A model generated the notes under the pieces. The model ran no database searches. It saw nothing but the letters and a program-made list of their open reading frames with translations, and had not been told where the DNA came from. DNA of 64,000 nt from an uncultured Phycisphaerales bacterium. Its GTDB lineage: Bacteria; Planctomycetota; Phycisphaerae; Tepidisphaerales; Tepidisphaeraceae. The translations under genes were made by a program, and so were the position numbers. This document shows positions 1 to 10,135 of the stretch, piece after piece. Positions within the stretch are counted from its first letter, which is position 1; every line of letters starts with the position of its first letter. The stretch lies in the NCBI GenBank assembly GCA_963755915.1, contig CAVWLP010000002.1, forward strand, positions 4,352,001 through 4,416,000, in the 5' to 3' direction.

Positions 1-1672
1 ATCATGGCCATGGTGCCGACGAAAGATTTGGTGATGGAGGCGAGCTCGCCGGGTGTATCGACCGTCATGGCGGTGCCGTCTTTAAACGTGCCGTAGGCGC
101 GGTGGTAAAAGACGACGCCATGGCGGGCGAAGCAGAAGGAGAGCGGCTCAGAGGGATATTGCCGGACGCCGGCGCGGCAGAGGGAGTCGACGCGGGCGAC
201 GGCATAGGGCTCCATGCCAGCTTCCTGGGGCGTGCCGAGACGAAGGGTGATGGCGGGAGGGTTGACGGGCGCGGGTGTGAAAGAACCTTTGAGGGAGGGG
301 AAAGCTGTGTCATAGCCGTAGAATTTGCGGCGCATTCCGGCCCACCAGTGTTCGTCGGCTTCGAAGGGTGTGCCGTCGTCACCGCTGCACAGGTTGGCGG
401 CGATCCAGGCGAACTGCTGGTTTTGCAGAGGATTTGCAGAATGCAGCGGCCATGATTCATCGATTCTGCTGAGCAGCTTGGAGTCGCTGGCGATGGCGGA
501 GGATAGCGCGGCAAGCCCGTCCCGCTGGAGCTGCCAGGAGCCGAGGGTCTGCGGCACCCGGCAGAGGGTGACGAAGCGGCGGGTGACATATCCGGCCGCG
601 GTTTTGGCTTCGAGAATTGCCCCATATCGGCCGGGCCTGTCCGCGGATTTCACTTCCTGGTAATCGTTGTTGAAATAGCGCACGGTGGTCATGTTTTGGC
701 CCAGGACGAGATTGGCTTCGTCGGAATTGTTCCACGAGATGGAGGGAAGGGCAGAGCCGCTGAAGACCAAATCGCCAGCGGGCTTGAGATCTTCGATGGC
801 GGCTTGAATCTGGGCAGTCGTGCTTTGCGCGACTGGAGATTGGATGGGGGCGCTTTGGTCGGCCGGCGGCAGAGGTGTTTGAACGGTGGCGAAATGGACG
901 ATGCCGAGGCTGACGACGAGAACCGCGACAAGGGCCAGCACCGGGGGGATGGCGGTTTTGAAGCCGGACCAGGTGATGGCCCTCGACGCCGCATCAGCGA
1001 TGGCAGCCGCGGTCGATCCGCCGATGGTTTTGCTTAGCGCCAGCCCGCAGGCTTTTTCCGCCAACCCCACCGGCGCCGCTTGCGATTTGGAACTGATCGC
1101 CGAAGTGACAACCGCGGCGGAAAGCGTACCGCCCTTACCGCCCAGGATTTTGCGCAGCTTTTCCACCGCGCGCGACACCCGCCGCTTGGCGGCGGATTCG
1201 GTTGACCCCAGGGCGGCCGCAACTTCGGCGAAAGACTCGTCGCGGAAATAGCGCAGAACCACCGCGGCGCAGTCATTGGGACGCAACGCGGCCAGCGCCT
1301 CATCAAGCTGCGGGGAAATGTCATCACAGTCCGCGGAATGTGCAGAGGTGTCTGTTTCGGCGGCCATTTCGGCGGCCCTCCGTTCGTGTACCCGGCGCCG
1401 CACCGCCGATCGGCGGGCGTCGGTCGCGCAGTAGTGCGCCACTTGAACCAGCCAGGGACTCAGCAGCCGCGGATTGCGAATTTCCCCCGCCCGTGCGCCA
1501 ACACGATAAAGACCGCCTGCGTCACATCCTCAGCTGCCGCGGGGTCCCCCAGTTGCCGGCGGGCGGCGGCGTAAATCATGTCGATGTGCCGCTCCACCAG
1601 CAGCCGGAACGATCGCTCGCATCGCTGCGAGACGTATTGGGAGAGAAGCTGCTCGTCGGTTTCGGGTGGCAT
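1..1672 (-). CDS. ECF sigma-70 factor with C-terminal extension: TM helix plus serine hydrolase (beta-lactamase-like) domain; frameshifted, runs off the window
   Basis: N-terminus MPPETDEQLL...AEDVTQAVFIVLA is sigma region 2. Region-4-like sequence lies near 1150-1300 and a hydrophobic stretch near 900-950. Bases 21-44 translate on the minus strand to LASITKSF (SxxK), preceded by FARHGVVFYHRAYG. Confidence 0.7.
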
Positions 1673-1900
1673 GGTCTTTGGCGCAATCATAAAATAGTGG
1701 GCGGCCAACGAAATTGGGGACAAAGTCGCCGGTTAATTATGGCTTAATTGAGTGACTCTACGCTCCTGAAACGGCCTTAAGGTTGTCCTTGACGCGGGTG
1801 GTCAGGCTGTTAGGATCGCCTGCCGATGTAGATTGCTGTTTGGGCATTTGAACGATCGACCGATCAATCCCGACCTTGAAAAGCGGCTGGGAGTTATTGC

Positions 1901-3070
1901 ATGGGGAGCATGGCTCACCGTGCTGTTTTTCGTCTCTGCGCTCATCTGGGTAGCGCCCTGCAGCGCAGCGACTGCCTGATCTACTATCTTGCCGCAAGAA
2001 ACTGGTGGCGGGGAACCAATCTCTTTGCCTTTAACTTCAACATTGACGGCTTCCTCTATTTTCCGCAATTTGCGATTCTTTATACGCCCTTCGAGCTGCT
2101 GGGGATGACGATTGGGCAGATCGTCTGGCGCGTCGGGGGTTTGGCGCTGCTGACCTGGGGAATCTGGCGGTTCGCAAAACTTTTCAGCCCGCAGAGAACC
2201 ACGCTCATGTTCGCGCTGGCGACGATCGCGGCCCTGCCGCCTTCGGTTGCTTCGCTGCGAAACGGCGAGGCGAATTTGCACATCGCCGCTTTCATGCTTC
2301 TTGCTGCCGCCGACCTCAGCGAGCGGAAATGGTGGTGGGCGACATTCTGGATGACGCTGGGGCTCATGATCAAGCCGATCATGATCGTCATGCTGCTTCT
2401 TTCGGCGGCGGTCTACCGGCCGGTGATCTGGCGGCTGGCGATTGCCATTTTGCTCGCCGTCGTGTTTCCGTTTGCGTTTCAGAGGCCGGAATATGTGATC
2501 GAGCAGTATCGGAGTTACCTCCACTGGACACAGCTTGCCACTGAGCCGCCGAATCTGTTCTGTAATATCCGGGGGCTTTTCGGATGCCTGGGGTGGGTAA
2601 TGTCGCAGCCGATGTTCAAGATCATCGGCGCCATCGCGGCGGCGGCAACGCTGGGGTTGTGCCTGATGGCGGGGCGAATGTGGAAAGAGCCGTGGCGGGC
2701 TTTGTTTGTGTTCGGATACGCGGCTGCATATCTGGTGCTTTTCAATCCGCGCACGGAGTCGAATTCTTATGTGATTCTAGCGCCGGTGGTTGCGTTGTTG
2801 GCGGCGGTTTTTGTCGCTTTGATCCCCCGGCCGCGAATGGCGACGATTCTCTATGTCATCGCATTCTTGCTGATCTGTGATGCCTGGGCGTTTAAACCGA
2901 CCAAGAATTGGCTGAAGCCGTTAGCGGGCGTTTTTGTGGTCGGACTACTGGTTCGGGAAATGATTGCCGAGGCGCCGGGACCGGAATTGCCCGAAAAGGG
3001 AGTTCCCGGAAGAGGATTTGAGGTCGTTATCCCGACCCGTCCGCAAGCTCTTTCGCCAGAGCCCCAATAA
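1901..3070 (+). CDS. Glycosyltransferase family 87 (DUF2029-like) polytopic membrane protein
   Basis: FLYFPQFAILYTPF, RNGEAN and IKP motifs with many TM segments; start uncertain. Confidence 0.7.
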   Translation: MGSMAHRAVFRLCAHLGSALQRSDCLIYYLAARNWWRGTNLFAFNFNIDGFLYFPQFAILYTPFELLGMTIGQIVWRVGGLALLTWGIWRFAKLFSPQRTTLMFALATIAALPPSVASLRNGEANLHIAAFMLLAAADLSERKWWWATFWMTLGLMIKPIMIVMLLLSAAVYRPVIWRLAIAILLAVVFPFAFQRPEYVIEQYRSYLHWTQLATEPPNLFCNIRGLFGCLGWVMSQPMFKIIGAIAAAATLGLCLMAGRMWKEPWRALFVFGYAAAYLVLFNPRTESNSYVILAPVVALLAAVFVALIPRPRMATILYVIAFLLICDAWAFKPTKNWLKPLAGVFVVGLLVREMIAEAPGPELPEKGVPGRGFEVVIPTRPQALSPEPQ

Positions 3071-4463
3071 CCTGCTTGGCGTCGCCGAAGAGCATCAGGG
3101 TGCGGTCCGACGTGTAAAGCTCGTTTTCAATCCCTGCGAAGCCGGGGTTCATGGAACGCTTGATCGCGATGACAGTTCGAGCCTTGTCGGCGTTGAGGAT
3201 CGGCATGCCGTAAATGGGTGAAGATTTATCATGCCGGGCGGCGGGGTTGACGACATCATTAGCGCCAACGACCAGTGCGACGTCGGTCTGGGGAAATTCG
3301 CCATTGATCTCATCCATTTCGACGAGCCGATCGTAAGGAATCTCCGCCTCGGCAAGCAGCACGTTCATGTGCCCCGGCATCCGGCCGGCGACGGGGTGAA
3401 TGGCGAATGAGACGAAAACGCCCCGCCGGGTGAGCTGATCGTACAGATCCCGCACTTTGTGCTGCGCCTGGGCGACAGCCATTCCGTAGCCGGGAATGAT
3501 AACGACTTTTTGACCGGCTTCGAGAATCGCGGCAGCTTCCTCAACGCCGGTGGAGCGCACGGTTTTGGCCTCGGTTCCCACGGCTTTCTCCTGCACCTGC
3601 CCGAACGCGCCGAAGAGGACATTGGTGAAGCTGCGGTTCATCGCCTTGCACATGATGATGCTCAGGATCAACCCGCTGGCGCCGTCCAGCGCACCGGCGA
3701 TGATCAGCAGCTTGTTGTCCAGAACGAATCCCATCATGCTCGCGGAGAGGCCGGCGTAACTGTTCAGCAGCGATATAACAGTCGGCATATCCGCGCCCGC
3801 CGATCGGGATGATCAGCAGCACGCCAAACGTGAGGGACAGCAGCAGCAGGACCGGAAAGAAGAACCAGAACTGCGGATGGAGAACGCAGGACGATTCCGC
3901 AGCCGAGGGCAGCGCCGAGGAGGCAAAAGTTGTAGATGTTCTGATTTTTGTAGGTGAGGGGCCGGCCAGGCAAAAGGTCCTGGAGCTTACCGAACGCCAT
4001 GAGACTGCCGGTAAAAGTCGAGCGCCCCCAGCAGCACCTCGAGGCAGAGGAAGACCATGATGACGGAGGTCGGCGGGTGGTTGCGAAGATCGAAGAGGAA
4101 ATAGTGTGCCGTGCCGACAAGGGCGGCCGCCAGCCCGCCGCAGGCGTGCGAGAGCGCCGTCCGCTGCGGGACGGCGGTCATGGGCATCCAGATCGCCATC
4201 GGCGCGCCGATGAGAGCGCCGATGACGAAACCGGCGATGATCCAGTCGTAGCTGATGATGCCGCGGTTCACCAGCGCGCCGATGATGGCGATCGTCATCC
4301 CGATCTCGCCGGTGAGATTCCCACGCCGGGCCGTCTTCGGTGAGCTGAGCCATTTCAGCGCCAGGATGAAGCACAGAGCGGCGACAACGTAAGCCGTGGT
4401 GGTGATCGCATCCACGAACATCGCCTTTGCATCTGGGGAAATATCGGCAACGAGGGGAATCAT
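3027..4463 (-). CDS. pntB: NAD(P) transhydrogenase subunit beta (frameshifted over three ORFs)
   Basis: MPTVISLLNSYAG, PGYGMAVAQAQH, AIHPVAGRMPGHMNVLLAEA and GANDVVNPAA motifs. Confidence 0.95.
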
Positions 4464-4774
4464 GATTTGGGTTTCCCGTCGCTGGTTGCCGTTACGTTTC
4501 GCTTTTTGAACATCTTGAGCATCCGGTCGGTGATCATGAATCCGCCGATGACGTTGGCCGAAGCTGCCGCTACGGCGGCGGTCCCCAGGATTGTCGAGAG
4601 CACCGTTCTCTGCTCCCCGGCGAGCTGGATCGCGGCGATGACGCTGATCGCGGAAATCGCGTTGGTGAGGGACATCAGCGGCGTGTGCAGCAACGGGCTC
4701 ACGCGTTTGATCACCTCCAGCCCCAGAAAGGCCGCGAGGATAAAGACGTAAAGATGGGCCGTGAAATCAGGCAT
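4460..4774 (-). CDS. pntA: NAD(P) transhydrogenase subunit alpha, membrane part
   Basis: LHTPLMSLTNAIS and NVIGGFMITDRMLKMF motifs. Confidence 0.95.
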   Translation of the reverse strand: MPDFTAHLYVFILAAFLGLEVIKRVSPLLHTPLMSLTNAISAISVIAAIQLAGEQRTVLSTILGTAAVAAASANVIGGFMITDRMLKMFKKRNVTATSDGKPKS

Positions 4775-5905
4775 GGGCGATGCACTCCTTCAGGCGGGGA
4801 TGAACGATCTGCCCGTCTTTGCAGAGCAGGATACCGGCGATGATTTCATCGGAGACATCCATATTGATTTCCCCCGGTGGTTTCACGATCAGCTTCAGCA
4901 GGCTGGCCAGATTGTTCGCGTAGACCTGGCTGGCGTGGAAGGGAACGGACGCGGCGACATTGATGGCGCCGATAATCGTAACGCCGTTTCTGCGAATGGT
5001 TTTGCCGGGCTCGGTCGCCTCGCAGTTTCCGCCGGTATCCGCGGCGAGATCGACGATAACCGCGCCCGGCGGCATTTTGTCGACAACCTCGGCCGGAATC
5101 AGCCGCGGCGCGGGTTTGCCGGGGATCGCGGCAGTGGTGATGACCGCGTCAGATTCGATCACCGCGCGTGCCAGCAGATCGCGCTGCTTTTGCTGCTGCT
5201 CCGGCGTCAGCTCTTTCGCATATCCACCGGCGTCCTGGGCGGCGGCGGTTTCGAGCGGCAGCTCGACGAATTTTGCCCCCAGGCTCTGAATCTGCTCCTT
5301 CACGGCCGGGCGAACGTCGTAGCCGCTGACGATCGCCCCCAGCCGCCGTGCCGTGGCGATCGCCTGAAGCCCGGCAACGCCCGCCCCGATCACCAGCACC
5401 TTCGCCGGCTGGAGCGTGCCGGCGGCGGTCATCAGCATGGGGAAGATTTTCGGCGCATGATCGGCGGCGAGCAGGACGGCCTTGTATCCCGCGATATTCG
5501 CCTGCGAGGAAAGCGCATCCATGGCCTGGCGCGGGTGATTCGGGGAAGATATTCAAGGGCCATCGCCGCAATACCCTTTTGGGCGGCGGCGCCGATCAGA
5601 TCGCCGGCGCGGTAAGGCGAGAGCAATCCCACGAGCAGGGCGCCGGATCGCATCTGACCAACCTGCGCCGTCGATGGCGGCCCAACGACCAGCACAATAT
5701 CAGCATCCGCCCAACCATCGGAAGAAATGACTTTTGCCCCCGCGGACTGGTAAGACTCATCGCTGTGAGACGCCGCCACCCCGGCGTGCGATTCGACGAA
5801 CACTTCCGTGCCGGCCAATCCCAACCGCTTGATGACCGGCGGCACCAGCGCGACGCGCGTTTCGCCCCGATCACTTTCGTTAGGCACGAAAATCTTGACC
5901 GCCAT
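4767..5905 (-). CDS. pntA: NAD(P) transhydrogenase subunit alpha, NAD-binding part (frameshift near 5525)
   Basis: ETRVALVP, PRITRA, MDALSSQANIAGYKAV and GAGVAGLQAI motifs. Confidence 0.95.
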
Positions 5906-5989
5906 GCGGGACATCAGTTTACAACGAATCGCTCTTCGCGTCTCCAGGGGACGGAGCCAAAGAATTAATCCGTTTGCTACAATTGAAAC

Positions 5990-6520
5990 ATGCCCCTGTT
6001 TGATCTGACCGGCCAGCGTGTCGGCATCCGCCGGCCTACTACCGACGATTGCGACGATTTTATCCGCATGGTTTGCTCCAGCCGGGATCTCCATTATCCC
6101 TGGGCTGAGCCCCCTTCAACACCGGAAAAATACGCTACCTATCTTGAGACGCGGACGGGCCTCGCGGACGATGGATTTCTGGTTTGCGAAATCGATTCCG
6201 GTGCGTTCGCTGGAGTGATCAATCTCAACTGCATCGTCCGCGGGCATTTTCAATCCGCATACCTTGGCTATTACGCCTCAGCAGCACTCTCCCGACGCGG
6301 ATTGATGACGGAGGGAATGCGGCTGGTAACCCAATGTGCCTTTCAGGAGCTGCGATTGCACCGGTTGGAGGCAAACATTCAGCCGGCGAACCTTGCCTCG
6401 ATCGCTCTGGTGAAAAAATGCGGGTTTCGGCTGGAGGGATTTTCCCCCCGGTATCTGATGGTCGCCGGCGAATGGCGCGATCATCAGCGCTGGGCGCTAT
6501 TGGCCGATGAAAAGACTTAG
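5990..6520 (+). CDS. GNAT N-acetyltransferase, RimJ/RimL-like
   Basis: SAYLGY, RGLMTEG, LHRLEANIQPANLASIAL and WRDH motifs. Confidence 0.9.
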   Translation: MPLFDLTGQRVGIRRPTTDDCDDFIRMVCSSRDLHYPWAEPPSTPEKYATYLETRTGLADDGFLVCEIDSGAFAGVINLNCIVRGHFQSAYLGYYASAALSRRGLMTEGMRLVTQCAFQELRLHRLEANIQPANLASIALVKKCGFRLEGFSPRYLMVAGEWRDHQRWALLADEKT

Positions 6521-6521
6521 A

Positions 6522-6596
6522 ACCACGGATTGCGCGGATGGGCGCGGATAAAGCCAATTCCTCTTCTTATCCGCGCCCATCCGCGAAATCCGCGGT
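6522..6596. repeat. Palindromic REP-like element built of 9-mer CGCGGAT units, between convergent genes (possible bidirectional terminator)
   Basis: ACCACGGATTGCGCGGATGGGCGCGGATAA ... TTATCCGCGCCCATCCGCGAAATCCGCGGT form ~30-bp inverted arms. Confidence 0.85.
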
Positions 6597-6603
6597 CTAA
6601 ATT

Positions 6604-7110
6604 TCATCCCGCCGAATCGGCCATGATGGCCCATTCTGTCACGCTGATCGGTGGAAGGGGTTTGACGCCGAGCTGGCGCAGCATGTTCAGCGATTGCGTG
6701 CGGTGATGATAACCGTGGGTCAGGACGTGAGTGAGGATTGCGCCGCGGGTCAGCTTGATTGTTTTTCCATCGCGAGTTCGAGTCGCGGTTTCGCTGTAAG
6801 CAAGTCGATGGGCTTCCGCGGCCAAATCCTTTGAGACGTTTTCAAGCAGCAACAAAATCTCCGCGGGCGTCCGCTGTTTGCCGTCCTGATCGATGCGCGG
6901 CGCGGGCTGCTGGCCCGCCAGGGTCTGCGTCCAGGTGCGCATGGCGCCGACGATGTGCAACGTGGCGTTATGCAGGGTGCCCGGGCCGATCTCAAATGTC
7001 TTGTGAAACTGCTCGGGCGTCAGCTTGGCACAGGCTTCCAAAACATTTCGCGTTGCCCACTCGTTGTGGGCAAGCATGATGTCGATGGGATCGCTTTTTG
7101 GCATAGGCAT
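6604..7110 (-). CDS. DinB family protein
   Basis: HNEWAT, HIVGAMRTW and HVLTHGYHHRTQ His pattern. Confidence 0.85.
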   Translation of the reverse strand: MPMPKSDPIDIMLAHNEWATRNVLEACAKLTPEQFHKTFEIGPGTLHNATLHIVGAMRTWTQTLAGQQPAPRIDQDGKQRTPAEILLLLENVSKDLAAEAHRLAYSETATRTRDGKTIKLTRGAILTHVLTHGYHHRTQSLNMLRQLGVKPLPPISVTEWAIMADSAG

Positions 7111-7246
7111 TCAATTTAGCGGTTTTGGACCCGTCTGGAAATGAAAATATGGCGATTGCACCTCGCAAGAGTGGCGGTCGAGAAACCGCGGGGGCGATTT
7201 AGCCGATAATGGTTCAGACACCCGGCATACGCCGGCTTTTCACGCC

Positions 7247-7684
7247 ATGTTAATTTCACGAGAGCAAAGAGAATTCCAATGGCAATTGATCGCCGCCATC
7301 GTTTTCCTGGCGTGCCTGATCTTTTCCGGAGTTTTTTGGGTAGGCGAAATCCGATACGCCTTCTGGGGAGCAACCGCCCAGGCGGTCGTGGTTGGCTACG
7401 ACGATGTTTACAATTCCAACGGCGTCCGCACTTCAGTGGTGGACATCGATTACCAGTATTTTGACGAAGGGGCAAAGGCCGTTTGTCGGGGAAGCTATCG
7501 GCTCTACCCGCCCGCGGCCATCCCGGCGCCGGGGGAGACATTCGCGGTGAGATACCTGCCCAACGACGCCAACTCGTCGATGCGGGTCGCGGACGACTTT
7601 CTGGGGCCCGTGTGGGCAACGATCCAGTTTTTTGCCCTCGTGGGGGTTTGCGTTTTGTGGGTACGGTTCAGTGGGTGGCTGTAA
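7247..7684 (+). CDS. DUF3592-like membrane protein
   Basis: TM helix, then ATAQAVVVG...IDYQY...GETFAVRYLPND, then TM helix. Confidence 0.6.
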   Translation: MLISREQREFQWQLIAAIVFLACLIFSGVFWVGEIRYAFWGATAQAVVVGYDDVYNSNGVRTSVVDIDYQYFDEGAKAVCRGSYRLYPPAAIPAPGETFAVRYLPNDANSSMRVADDFLGPVWATIQFFALVGVCVLWVRFSGWL

Positions 7685-7785
7685 TCAGCTTCGAATCACG
7701 CCTCAATTCAACTCATTTTTGAAATGAATGCCTCGCAGCCGGCGTATAAGGGGCTGATTAACGGCCAACAAAGCCGGAAGGCACG

Positions 7786-8913
7786 ATGATTCGAAGCGGG
7801 CTGCTGGCGGCGGTGATTGGGCTGATTGGGCAAGTCGCGTCGGCCGATGGGATCCGCTATGACCGGATTCCTACGGATACGACGGGATATGGCCATGTGG
7901 ATTTCGATCGGCTGGTTTCGTCGCGACTCATGCACTCGATATACGACGGCCGGCAATCGTTGTCTGATCTGATGGCGAACCTTGGCGATGTCGGCGACGG
8001 AACCATCTATACGCTGAAGATCGGCCGGGCGAGTGAGGCGGTGATGCTCTGGCACACGAAAGACGTTGCCGCCCGAAGCCAATATTGGAACGAGGTGATT
8101 TCAGATAAGGACGCCATCGTGATTACCTACGACGGCCAGGAGGTACGTTATATCCCCACGAGCCTGGGAGATCTGGTGAGTCAGAAGTGGAACGCGACGT
8201 TTTTTGCCGAAAAAGCGAAGTCCAGGGGGATTCAGCAGGCGCCGCCGGAGGCGAGTCCACCGAAATCCACCAGGATTGAGCTTGGAATTGGAGACGAGCA
8301 GACTTCCACGCGGTGGTTTGAGCGCGGGCCGTTTTACGTTGCCTTTTATGGGAACGATCTGATCGTATTGACCGGGGATATTCCCTCAATGGCGGCGGCG
8401 CTGGACGTGTTGCACGGCAAAATGCCGTCGCTGGCGACAAATGATCCGCAGAGCCTGAAGATGGATATCCCCCCCGGAGCGATCATGGTGGGCGCGGGGG
8501 CGATGGCAAGTTTTTCAACGGACGGGAAGGGTTCGGCGACGCAGCCTACCGAGGCGAATACGGCGGGCGGCGCATTTGGATTGAATCTGGCGGGTTCACT
8601 TCAGGCGAACGCGCGGCTGGCGAAATTCGATTTTGGGGAGGATCAGCAAAATTTATATGGCGACGCGACGGTTCTGATGAAAGATGCCGATTCCGCCGGT
8701 CAGTTCAGGAATCTGGTCACCGGGGTGAAGGCGCTGATCAGCCTGACGCAGCCGGACAAGGCGGCGCTGCTGACGCCGCTGACGATTGACGCGAGCGGGG
8801 ATAGCGTTGGGTTGCATTGGTCGTGGCCGACGGGGACACTTTCGGAGCTGATACGGATTGCCCAGTCGCCGACCGACCATGACGCTTCTTCGCCCCCCAG
8901 CACCAGGCCGTGA
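7786..8913 (+). CDS. Exported hypothetical protein
   Basis: 375-aa ORF with signal peptide and internal ATQP motif; first gene of an ECF operon. Confidence 0.7.
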   Translation: MIRSGLLAAVIGLIGQVASADGIRYDRIPTDTTGYGHVDFDRLVSSRLMHSIYDGRQSLSDLMANLGDVGDGTIYTLKIGRASEAVMLWHTKDVAARSQYWNEVISDKDAIVITYDGQEVRYIPTSLGDLVSQKWNATFFAEKAKSRGIQQAPPEASPPKSTRIELGIGDEQTSTRWFERGPFYVAFYGNDLIVLTGDIPSMAAALDVLHGKMPSLATNDPQSLKMDIPPGAIMVGAGAMASFSTDGKGSATQPTEANTAGGAFGLNLAGSLQANARLAKFDFGEDQQNLYGDATVLMKDADSAGQFRNLVTGVKALISLTQPDKAALLTPLTIDASGDSVGLHWSWPTGTLSELIRIAQSPTDHDASSPPSTRP

Positions 8914-8926
8914 ATCCGAGGCCGCG

Positions 8927-9485
8927 ATGACGCCGAGCCACGGTGGGCGAGAATCTTCGGCGGAGGCGCTGGCGCGGTGCGTGGCGCACGGGGGATGCGA
9001 GGCGTGTTTTGGGGAGCTGGTGCGGCGGTTTCAGACGCCGCTCGTGCATTTTTTGATGCGACGGGTGGGGTCGGAGCATGATGCGGAGGATTTGGTTCAG
9101 GAGGCGTTCGTTGTCGCGTATCGGAAGATCGGGCGGTATCGGCCATCGTGGAAATTCAGCACCTGGCTCTTCACGATCGCAAATCGGCTGGCGGTTTCGA
9201 AGGCGCAGGACGCGAATCGGCAGGCGGCTGGGGCAGGAGGCATGTGATGCGAGTTCCGATCCGTCGACCGTTGCCGAAGAGAGTGAGATGAGGAGCCGGC
9301 TATGGGACGCGGCGCGGGAGATTTTGGACGGGGATGCGTTCACGGCCATTTGGCTGAGTTGTGTGGAGTCGATGCCAGCGGAGGAAATTGGGGTGGTGCT
9401 CGGGCAAAGCGCCAATGCGGTGCGGATTCTATTGCACCGGGCGCGCGGGCGGCTGGCCAGGGAGTTGAAATATGAGTGGAAATGA
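8927..9485 (+). CDS. ECF RNA polymerase sigma factor (frameshift near 9235)
   Basis: DAEDLVQEAF, FSTWLFTIA and EEIGVVLGQSANAVRILLHRAR motifs. Confidence 0.9.
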
Positions 9486-10128
9486 CGATTTGCCGAACGA
9501 TCCGCTGATGGACCGGCTTCACCGCGAGGCGCTGGCGGAGCGCCCGCCGTTTTCGGAGGAATTGCATTCGCGAATTATGCGAAACGCGAAAGAGAGGGAT
9601 CGAGCTGATTTTCTTGGCGTCTTGGCGGTTATAACGACTTTTAACCGCCAAGACGCCAAGGGCCCCAAGAAACAAGAAGTGACAAACCGGGACGCAGCTA
9701 GTTTTAAACTAGCTGCGTCCCCGTTTCTCAGGATTGCGGCGGTTTTGGTGGTGGCGGTGGGGTTGATTGCGACTTGGGAAATTCATTTGCGGCGAGGGAC
9801 TGGGCAGGATCTGGTTGTGATCGAGCGGGCACCGAAGGTGCAGCGGGAACAGCGGCCGATTGCGATATTCAGTCCCATTGACATTAGCGGCGTCGTCTCG
9901 GCGCGGCTGTTTCCGCCTGAACTTCGGATTCAGCTGCCGACGATTGCGGGGGCGAAATTGCCGGAATCGCAGAACTTTGAAGCTCAATCCGGCTCGGTTT
10001 TCGAATCCCTGGATGCTCCTGCGGATAGTGCGACGCAAACGATCGCGGATATGGTGCCCCCCAGCCTTCGCGCCATGGTGAAATTGGCTCAGTCAGCCAC
10101 TTTCGCCGATACCCAAGTCGCGAAATAA
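9472..10128 (+). CDS. Putative single-pass anti-sigma factor
   Basis: Overlaps the ECF stop; short N-terminal helical domain followed by TM IAAVLVVAVGLIATW; contains in-frame palindromes. Confidence 0.6.
   Translation: MSGNDDLPNDPLMDRLHREALAERPPFSEELHSRIMRNAKERDRADFLGVLAVITTFNRQDAKGPKKQEVTNRDAASFKLAASPFLRIAAVLVVAVGLIATWEIHLRRGTGQDLVVIERAPKVQREQRPIAIFSPIDISGVVSARLFPPELRIQLPTIAGAKLPESQNFEAQSGSVFESLDAPADSATQTIADMVPPSLRAMVKLAQSATFADTQVAK
9610..9726. repeat. Two tandem palindromic elements inside the CDS
   Basis: CTTGGCGTCTTGGCGGTTA...TAACCGCCAAGACGCCAAG (9613-9660) and a 16-bp stem GGGACGCAGCTAGTTT-T-AAACTAGCTGCGTCCC (9689-9721). Confidence 0.9.
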
Positions 10129-10135
10129 TGGGGCG

